Positions 1 through 11,378 of a stretch of 64,000 nucleotides of DNA are shown piece after piece. Every line of letters starts with the position of its first letter. Positions within the stretch are counted from its first letter, which is position 1. Under the pieces are notes generated by a model, which worked only from the letters and a program-made list of their open reading frames with translations, searched no databases and had not been told where the DNA came from. A program made the translations under genes and the position numbers. Source of the DNA: Balanoglossus misakiensis (Eukaryota > Animalia > Hemichordata). Location of the stretch: NCBI GenBank assembly GCA_040954595.2, contig CM082587.2:62001-126000 (forward strand), given 5' to 3'.

Positions 1-463
1 TGTGGGTGCGATAAGTTTATCTTTAATGCTTTGCTGTCTGCGACCAAATTAACACTTGGTATTATATATACAGATAAATATGTTAAAAGGAAGAGTTTAG
101 ATATACTGTGTATCAGTGATCGTTTTTGATACTATTGACATAATACAAGTCAGATCATATAAAACACAAGAAACTGCAGCGTTATCTTTGTATTTAAGAA
201 AAAAAATGGAAAATATTTTATGGTTTTATGTGAAAATTAATTATATTTCGCTTTCTGAAATATACTATTGGTAATTAGAAGTCAATTCACATATTGCAAG
301 GACATAGTTACAGCATTTAACTTGTCTTGTTAGTCAACGTATTTAGTCCACAGGACATACTAGACTTGTTGCAAACAGCCCGAACACAACTTCTTAAAAA
401 AAATATCATGATTGATCGGGATATTACAGTTGCTGGGTAATTATGCGTTTTTCCTTGTTTCAG

Positions 464-3400
464 TGGAACCTAAAGTAACTATATTACCACACAAGCACTT
501 TATCAACGTGTCAATTGGCGATAACGTTACTTTGGCTTGCATCATCAATATTCATGATTTGACATCAGTAACATGGTACAAAGACACACGGATATTCAAA
601 AGACTTGAGGTGGGCAAATATACTTTGTAAAATAAGCTTATGTTGAATAGAATAAGAGTCAAATTAAATAAAATAACGATTTGCTGATATACTTATATTC
701 GTAATCCATTGTGTCGAATACACTGGCTTATTTAATTATTCAATGCAACATGAACTATAACTTTCCTCTATGACATTTTTTGCTCTTTTTAAGATTGTTC
801 TCTCACTGGTCGACATTCAAGAATCAGACAGTGGCAACTACACTTGCAGAGCCACCAATCCCATCGGCAATGCGGAAGGTTCCATTATTGTCGTAGTGAA
901 AGGCAAGTTTATCACATTTAATGCAATATTGAAAGAATCTTAAACAACCCTAAAAAGTAAGCGAAATTTTATTAATAAATTAAGTATTCAGCTGACAGAG
1001 AAGCTTGTACCAATGGTTGGCGATATTTAAACAATTTTCATTCAAGCGGTCATGTAAGTGGCTACCAAATATTTGAAAACACATGTACTATTATTTACTG
1101 CCATAGAGATAACACTTGCATTATGCATTTATGTTTCCTCAATCGACTATTGCAGGGGTAACGTGTGGATATCTTCTTTTGAGCAGTTCGTTCTCTAAAT
1201 AGCGAACACGTACAGTTGTTTCTATAGTAAAAAAAAACACAACCCTTTTCAGGCTCACAAAATGCTCGTGTTGGAGATTGATCGCAATAAAATAAATGGT
1301 GCAACTTCAATAAACCTGTTGAGATCGTTCGACTATTGTATGCAACCTAAACGAGTTTCGAATTAAACGCGACTACATGTATATCTTTCAGTTGTGCGTT
1401 AATTAAAATCTGTTTTGTTTTCAGTTCCACCGAGTTTCAATATAATGCCTGCAGAGAATATTACAGTGCTCGCCGATTTCGTGACCTCCATTTCATATCA
1501 AATTTACGGATTACCAACTCCAGATATAACATGGACATATGAAGGAAAACAGTTATCGGCATCTGGTATGTAAATTTTAAAGGGGACACACTCACATTCA
1601 CTCGAGTCATATTCTTTCTCTCTTTGTAATCTCCCGTTCATGCCTCCTTTCAATTCCCGAACATTTTAAATTGAATATTAACAGAAACATATGAATGATG
1701 ACATATTGATCGATTTCAGACTTCACAACAACGGATACAGGATTACATTTTAGTCCTTCTTATCCTAGCGATACTGGTGTTTACACATTAACTGCAATCA
1801 ATAGTGAGGGTGTTGTTTATAAGGATGTATTCATTGAAGTCATTGGTAAGTGTCTGTTGGTCTCAATTTTCTAATAATTGCACAACAAATGCGACATAAT
1901 TACAACTGAGACAAACAGGCTGACCAGGTGGGCGACTGAGTGTGTGATTTCAAACTGATTATACCCGTCCGTCACACACGTAAGCCATCGAAAGAATCAC
2001 CAAAAAATCGATTTCATTGATTTCGTTTATTTTCAATGATAATTATTCCATTTAAGTACTTTATCCTCATATCATTGTACAGGTAACTTTCCTTAAACCC
2101 ATCCGATCCCTTGGCCTATCAAGTAGTATATACCCCTGCTGCCAAAATCCACTCTATCTGACAACTAAAACATATGTTTCCCTTGCCCACAAGGAAAAAT
2201 ACCAAAATTACTGCCCTAAAATGATCCCGGAATAACATTTTGGATGAACAGCTGCAGCTCTAACTTCAATGCATGTTATGTGAACACTGTTTAAATAATG
2301 GCTGTGATGTACTGTACGCGACAGGGTTCCCCAATGTGAGGTTTAAGAAATTGTATGCTTTTGTAGGTTTAGGAATTTAGTAACTGACTGCAACACTTGA
2401 AATCCGTTTCGTGTCACATCCTAAACTTCATAAAAAGGGAAAATTCAAACTTTGGTCGAACTTCGGATGAGATGAAATGAATTGATTGGCTGATCAGGCA
2501 GTGTGATTGTGATGAACTTGTGTCTAAAATGAAATTACACGCTATCGGAAATGTTGGTGATTTAATCGTGTCCCCATCAATGATATACTCACTCGATCAC
2601 TATGTGCCCTTTACAGAGAGTTATTCACAGGTTCACATCTGGCTTGTAGAAAATACATCTTTCGTGGTAACCATTGACCCTGCAATACAAACATCCTATG
2701 CCAACCAAAGCGTCGTGTATGAAATAATCGTGGTTGACTTGCCAGAGGATTTCGATGAAAGCAATCATTTCCCAAAGACGAGTCCTTTAGATTTACCAAT
2801 TGTTGACTATGAGTCGAAAGGGTGAGTGCCATGTTACCTTTATTTTCTTGAATTACTATGTACTTTAATATAGCATTACAAAAGAGAATATTGCTCATCT
2901 TCCGCACGAGTACGTTTTAAGAGGTCTCAGGGCGGGCGCATGTTTTGGCATAAAATGTTTGATATGTGTCTTATTGACAAGCCAAAGCACATACATTCAC
3001 TTAGCAATCATTGTCCTGACGTGCCCATGATCATTTCTCAGCACTGACCATCCAATGTATATGTGGAGCACATTTCACACACCACCCAGTGGCACGCGCG
3101 GATAAAATGGAGTTTTTGTTAAATTTGATCTGAACTCGTATATCCGAAATGTATAACACAACAATTAAGCATCTACTTGGAGCTCCCAAATAGTTTACTG
3201 CATATATAAGGTCTGGAGTCTGTGCGCCAAATATTGACTTATTTCGATGGCAATAAACATTACATGTACCTGTCGATGTCCTTTCCAATAAGTATGAGTA
3301 ATCCATATTGACTAGTCGCCTTGCTACATTTAATAAAGTGATGTAACCGAAAGAATTGGCTTTGATTTCCTGTGGGACGTTTGCCTTTCTTTAGAATTAC

Positions 3401-6400
3401 ACACACTAAATATACACTTGTCTGTGTGTTTTAAATTACATTCCACTTGCATTGTCAGTCAACGTGGTCATGGATTTATGTGTTTGTATGAGGCAAACAA
3501 TTGTGTTGATATCTAGAGAAATATTTTACGGATGGGGTTTAGATTTGCCAGCGTCCAACATTAACATAAGAAATGTCAGTTTCCCCACAACACTGCCAAT
3601 ACCATGACCTTAATTGTCAGTTTATGACACATTCGTCACAAAACGAAACGTAGAATTGTATCCGCAGTAAAATTTAACTCTAAATGTGCAGATCGCGCAA
3701 CCCTGCTGCCCACAATAAGTTCAATAAAAAGACCGAACGCTAAAATATAGGATGAACAAAGCCCTCAACATCTCGTCGGAATATACTTCAATCAGTAACA
3801 TAAAAGAGCATTTCCGTTTTATGCCACCGTAATGCCATCACGTGATATATGAACAGTTCAATTTGCTTTAACTTAGTATGTGCCTCTTCCCGTCATAATT
3901 TATTCTTAATGATACCAACCGTGTCACTATGGATACCTTCAGCTCCATGGAGACAGGTCTGGTTGGATATGTGAGCTTGGTGTTCGACGATGCGCCTGAG
4001 AGATTGACTGTCGGCGATGGAGAAGTGTACAGCAGCCAGCTGCTTCAGGTGGGTGATTTTTCGCAACAACTCCCCCTGAACCAATCTTAATGAAACATTT
4101 GGTAATCATTTGCAGCGCGTCTTCATCGAAATTCTCCTAATTAACATAAAATTAATGATCTTCCCGAAAGACAAGGGAGTAATGTGTTAAAGATCTGTCG
4201 CCGACATCATCACGAATAGCACACTAACAATTTGGCCAAGACACTTCCCATTTTAACCAGTGGGCACTTTGGGGTCAAAGAGGATTTCCAAAGACTTTTG
4301 ACAGTATTGTTTATAAATATGGGTCAAACATGTACATGTAAAATATTGTTTTGCCAGACAATATCTCAAGAACCACTAGAGCTAGACTATTATAATATTC
4401 CCCTGTTACCTGTTTTCGGCCAAAGGGGTATCTGTGCAGTATTTAGACAATATTGCTCCACATTTGGGGCAAAAATTGATATGCTGATGTTTGATTGCGG
4501 TACAATATTGGTCAGTTGTGTTTAGCCAACAGTATCAGCACTAGTCCCTTTCTTGCATTTAGCATACCTGTTTGGATACATCCAGGTTTTGTTCACAAAC
4601 ACATGTGAAAAATCTCGTACATGTACATTTGGCTGTGGGTGTATATGTGTTGGTATATGTAAAATACACATAACACTATCTTTCTTTATAAAGACAATAA
4701 ATGTGTTAATCATTCATTTAGAATGATTACAACATTCAGCTTGTTGCACGGTACTATATTATCCTATCTGTGACAATTAAGCGTCACACCCCCCCCCCCC
4801 TTTGTAGCGTATATATACCACTGCGCTGTTTTTGAGCCCCTTGTAAAGAATATTTTAATCATCTTTCGTGTGTTTTTTTTACTCAAACATTTACAACAAC
4901 AATGATATAGAATGTATTTAGTGCTTGCGTATGAAAGGAGCAAACAAACTACATGACTTGTAAGACGTCTGTAAATCACAATATAACTTCGACTTGTATT
5001 CCATCATTTAATGTAAGATTCCTGACAACCATCATTTATGAAATCATCCTGGTGGTTTGCTGTTGAATAGGACATTGTACTTCTAGATCTTTATAATTAC
5101 TTAATTGCATTTAACCCTGTTGGGTTAATGTGTGTATACTCTCTGACTTTGTGGAACCTAAAAAACATTTTCACTGGTTGTTACACGACACTACTATATT
5201 ATCCTAACAGTGACAAGCTATCCATCAATATAGCAACAATTTATAAGAACAATAGAAGCAACACCCAAGGAAAGTCCACAGCTGCAAAACGCAGACTGAA
5301 CAAACAAACAGCATAAATCTTATCCGTAATGCCACCAATGTAACGGAAATTATGTCGGACTGAGGTCCCAAAAATTGTCAATGAGCGTAGACCGGTCCGT
5401 TACAAGTCCTGGTTCGATTTACCTTGCTCACGGCAGAACGTGCGCTAAGAGATGTGCTGGAAAATGCAGTATAAACTGCCAACTGACCAACCTGAGCGTT
5501 TTGCTCACACAAATACAAAGAAAAACCTTGGAATTACAAATGTACGATCCGTAGACAACTAAACCCCTGAGTTTACAGAAAAGTGTTCACACAAACGTGG
5601 AGAAAGGTTTGAATGAAAATTTTAGAAAGATAGAGGTAAAGTACAAATTCAGATCACTACACTCGAGAGCACGATGCTCACAGTTCAACTGCAATGTCTC
5701 GTCTGCTTTTGGATGTCGAGGGGAGTCACGATATAAAACATGCATCAAGCCCACGTGATACAAGCTCCACCCCCAATCGTGGAAAATTGACAGTTTCTCC
5801 TGCTATAGGGGTGTCTTAGTCTGAGAATCAGGAAAAAGTTGCATTTCTTGAGATACGAGTGTTGCGTGCAGCGTTGACCTAGCAATTCCATGACAATACT
5901 GTCCGACTTCGTGGAACCTACAAAACCTTTTCACTGGTTGTCAGTGATTTTACAAATAATTGCGATGTAGCCAATCGGAGTTGATTTATTCCAAGATCGC
6001 ACACAAGCTTGGGTGTGACGTATTAAAGTTGTGGGTCAAAAAAACAGATGTTTTAAAAGTATGAGATAGTTAAATCAATCTGAAAGCTTCCCTGTGGAAC
6101 GTAAGACAAATCTGATTTCAGACTGGGGAGACATCAACAGTAGTTTGTACTGACTGATTGTCATATTTCTTCTGCAGGTTAACATAACTAACTGGCCTTT
6201 GAGACCACGGGCTTGGTATTTGGTGTTACTCAAGGTGCGAGAAGTAATAGGGTATCATCAACCAGGCAAGATTGTAGCAGCCAGCTTCTATCAGAAGGTA
6301 TTTATATCGCCAATGATGCCACCAACGACATTTCACCCTCAGTTACCAAGTAAGCTTTACCCACTTTAATAAGCTGTTGTTAACGTTTCGTGTATCTATA

Positions 6401-8233
6401 CATTGAACTCTGTCGAAGTTGTCTATGTAGGCCTCTATAGCTGGCACAAGCAACTGATACGACTTGCGCACTCTGGCTTGATATTAATTATTAAAATGCG
6501 ACCTGACGTTAGGTTAATAGGCGTGATTATTAGCCACCGATAGCAGTCAGGAACTATGCCAAGAAGAATTCCTTAAAAATGTTGTGAGAAAGCCAAATGG
6601 TATTTAAACAAGTACTCTAATTAAACATGCTTCTTTAAACTTTCTGTCCTAAAGCGGTTTTGTGTTATAACATGTCATTTTTTTCTTTAAAGCAGCAACA
6701 ACTTCAGAAACTGGAAATGTTCAATACACATCAGGTAAACCGTACAATTTTAGATGTATTTGGTTTATATAAACTACAAAATGTTGAGACTAAACGTTTT
6801 GCTAGATGCTTTAATGCTTAGTGACCCTTCTTACACGTTTATGTTGCGTTTGAGTACATTTAGTTGAGTTTGATGTATGTGCAGTGTTGGACATGGTACA
6901 TCAGGTATGCTATGTTGCTATATATCTAGGTCGTCATTATAGTCGATGACGTTATAATCTGTATTCCTTATGCCAAAAGTTATTACTAGACTGTTATCAT
7001 ATTCCAAGATTTATACATTCATTGTGGGCATTCAAATGAAGGAAGCTGACTTTCCAACCTGATGATCCATATCCAGAAGCATGCAAATACACATGTAGTT
7101 TCTATTGTACACGATTTAGTTGTGAAGTTGTTTTGACTCCATTATACGTGTGACAACTGTGTAACGGATCATGACAAAATATTTCACAGAAGTGCCTCTG
7201 AGCTCATCTTCAAAATTATTCAATACAAAAGAAGCCATGAAAAATACAACTGACGTCACTGAAGACGGTACATCCCTTCGTAAAAACTTGACAACCTTGG
7301 TACGAACAATGACAGCTTTTTCAGGACAGAATTCATCTGTACGGGTAACATCAATGACGTCAGAGGTTACTAGGGCAACTCCTGTTGGAATGAATAATGC
7401 AACCATTATCCGTACATTATCTCAGCGCACAGTAGAGGCAGCACCACTAGTTAGTACAGACACGGCCATTGTGGCAAATGTTTCCAACACCACAGAAAAC
7501 ACAACTACTTTGAAGGTGAACCATGCAACATCGACGATAATGCTCGAGAACACAAGCGAAGCCACAACTCCTCAAATACCGACAAATGAAATCACGTCTA
7601 CTTCCATTTCGGATACACCCACAATTCACACAGCAGAATCTTCTAATGTCACAAAAGTTGAAGGAAGTTCAATTTTCCCTGGAGATGGCACAACGACTAG
7701 TGGAACAGAAACAAGCACTCAAACGATTACTAGCACATCTGAACATGAAACAAAGCAGGTAACTCAAGTCGGCGACATAACACGGCCCAAATCGACTGAT
7801 GATGATACTTCAAGAGCAACTGCAGGTGCAGATTCAACAACAGTTGCATTGGATTACACGCACTTGGTCTCAAAGACAAACCCCACAAGATCAAGTACCG
7901 ATATACATTCGGAAACAAGCATTTTGAGCACATATTCAACAGGAACAAGTTCAAACAAATTAAAGACAAGTGAAATGATAACTGCATTGTTAACTGCACT
8001 GTCGGTAGCAACCGATGAACCGCGCACGGGACTTGAAATGACAGAAAACACACTTTCAACAACCAACAACATAAGTTCTACTTTAGTGGATCAAACTACA
8101 ACAACCACACCAACTGTCCATCCTAGTAAAATATTTTTCTATGATGCAACGTCGTCACCACTGAAGTCTACTGGAAGCACAGCCAACCAGATGGAAACAA
8201 CTAACTCGCTTCAAACAATTGATTACGTAGATG

Positions 8234-8265
<32 letters not shown>

Positions 8266-8273
8266 CCATCATT

Positions 8274-8305
<32 letters not shown>

Positions 8306-8428
8306 CATCATCATCACCACCATCATCATCACCACCACCATCATCATCATCACCATCATTACCATCACCATCATCATCACCATCATCATCATCATCATCA
8401 TCATCACCACCATCATCATCACCACCAC

Positions 8429-8488
<60 letters not shown>

Positions 8489-8540
8489 TAAAATCAACAA
8501 AAACAACAACCACAGCCACAAAAAGAAGAACAACAACATC

Positions 8541-8571
<31 letters not shown>

Positions 8572-11329
8572 CCACCACCATCATCATCACCACCACCATC
8601 ATCATCATCATCATTAAAATCAACAAAAACAACAACCACAGCCACAAAAAGAAGAACAACAACATCATCATCATCAACATCAACATTTACATCAACAACA
8701 ACTGATAAAGAAACAGGAATATCCACTACACCTTCCATCACATTGCCAACTGATAGCGATTATTCGACAAGAAATAGGCATAATAGTGGTTTCTTAGAAG
8801 TTACTGACACCACAGTAGTTTTAGAAATTACTTCTAAGTTGAGCGGTAACGAAACGGCTGTCGAACATTCAATAACCACCACTACCGAAACCGTAATTTT
8901 TAACAACACCAACACCACAGACGCTGACCTTATTGAACAGAGTGTGTCGTATGTCAATTTGACTGAGCTCGTTAGTACACTACCTTCGAATACTGCAACA
9001 ACCTACCCTGATAAGCATATGACTCAATCATACAGAACTGATAGCAGCTCCGAAGAAAACATAACACCCACAGATATATCTACATATAAAGAGACTGATT
9101 CAACAACAAATGATATATTCACAACTGAAAATCAAACTGGGACGGAGAGCCTTGATGGAAATTTGCAAAACATTACATTGGCAAACAGTGACTTGGCAAA
9201 TCAAACAACGGCATTTCGTAGTGACACTAGTAGTATTACAGAAATCAGAAACGACAGCAGCATCTCGCTTGGCACGGCAATAAACCAGCTGAATGAATCT
9301 TCATCTCTGATTACGACATCTGATGATACCACAGTGAATGGAATATCGTCTTCTGTTGCCAATTTAGAATCCTGTATTTGTCCGACAGTTGATACTATGG
9401 TGAACTGTAACCAAGACGATGTAGACTCTGAAGGTACGTGCTGGGTTATTCAACCTTAGTGGTACCACCAAGATGTACAGGTTCACCAATGTCGTATTAG
9501 ATATAATGGCTTCAAAACAAAATTCACAGCTTTAGTGGCAAGTTTTCACATATTTTATTGTGATATCTGTGTTGCTTAGCAAGGCATGAATATGCGATCG
9601 TTTTTATTATTCATAATGTTTCTCACGCATGTCAAGACTCAAGGAGTCAACAACAAAAACAGAATAATATTCATTCCACTCCAATCAAAATGTACAGTCA
9701 CGCGATGTGTTCACTGTTACAGTAAATGTGTGGCTTCCATATTGGACTAGAAACCCAGGTGTTGACGTAGCTTTCTTTCTTTTTCTCATTGCAGCCATAT
9801 TCGGCCAATTGAGTAAATCTGAGATCGTCGCCTTGGTGACAAGTGTGGCTGCCCTGTCCCTCGTTTTGGCAGCACTGGTGTTTACCTGTATTTACATGGT
9901 GATATGTCGGAAACCCCGCAGCAGACAAAACGGCCATGACTCAGACAGCTCTGAAGAAACAGCGATGGTTAACGATTCATTAATGTAAGTTGTTACATCA
10001 AATCTACTTTCATATTCCGTGATTCACATCCTGGTAGCGATAACATTACATTTCATTCTAAAATCAGCTGGGTTTGTATTTGTTTCATTGTCTTAACGAA
10101 GTAATGTTAAACACCAAGTTCATCAATTACATCATGATGGCGTCAATTGTGCCCACGGTAGTCCTGAACGAGGTCTTCGAGGTCTTCGGAGTGGAAATGT
10201 GTGAAAGCACCAGGTGAAACAATCCATTGGGCGTGGTCATTCTCGACCAAAGGAATCTCTATATACACAGCTGTTAATGTACTTCAAGATTGGTCATATT
10301 TTACACCAGGTGTGGTTGGAACGTTCTAAGCCTAGGGATGCACTTGTTCAAGAGTTGGAGCTTACCAATACACTTGAAATGTGGCCTTTTTGTACTGTGT
10401 TTTAGGAGGCAATCTCATGAATGTCTGGGAGTCGAAAATGTGGCTTATAATTTCAGCATTGACAGCCAGCACAGTGTTATAACTAAAGCAAGCACGAGGC
10501 ATACAGACAGTGTGTATTTACCGCCGCCACCATTTCACAGCGTGAGTGAAACAAAACGTAAGTTTCAGTGATTCTTAGATCAAGTTATATCCCGGGAGGG
10601 GCCATTGCTATGTTTACCAATACATGTACTTATAACTTTCGTGCCACCCTGTGGCATTGGTTTTTCAGTAATTTGGTCTAAAATGAGGTTTGCAAAATTC
10701 GTCAATGCAAGGTCTAAAATTATGAGTCATTCTTTCATAAGTCTAATGCTTCAGCACGATTTTCGCACAACATTACAAACAAAAGATCTTTACATTCTTC
10801 ACACAGAAAATGACAAAATTATGAATCTGACAAATCTGACAGAAGTTGAAGCTGGATATCTTTTGTCCTCCACACAAACGACGCCTGTACCCGAAGGGAA
10901 TCTGCACGAACTTGAAGAAATTTGTTCCTGCAGAGAAACGGGTTTTACATCAAATGCGGCACATCTTCAGCCAGATAGCGACCCGACCAGGAGAACAATA
11001 AGAGGTATTGCCCAGCCTGACCAATCTCGTTTGGCAGCAGAAAGTACAGTGAACAGCGAAGACAGAACGAGAGAAAGACAATGTGCTATGTTTGAAATTG
11101 CTCAGGGCGACCATACTTCGAACTTACCCGCCCCCAATGAATTAACAGGTGATAGCGACAACAAGAAGCCAGATCTTGATCAGATCAATCGACAGGAATG
11201 CGGAATAAAAAACTCAGAGAGAATCAGTCATGAAAATCAAACACAGTGCTCTCAGACTAACCAGTGCCTTGTTCAAAGGGAATCCTATGTTGTACACGAT
11301 GCTGAGTATAGCTTATCTGATGAAAAGAG

Positions 11330-11378
<49 letters not shown>

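Noticed and set aside
6885-6904. Apparent 20-nt microexon (cag|TGTTGGACATGGTACATCAG|gtatgc)
   Set aside because: Its inclusion would shift the frame of the mucin exon; 6734 to 7190 already joins in phase.
8201-8741. Poly-His, poly-Met and poly-Asp/Gly ORFs (8231+, 8201-, 8223-)
   Set aside because: Alternative-frame readings of the (TCA/CCA)n repeat; the Ser frame is the one embedded in a spliceable 2.2-kb exon.
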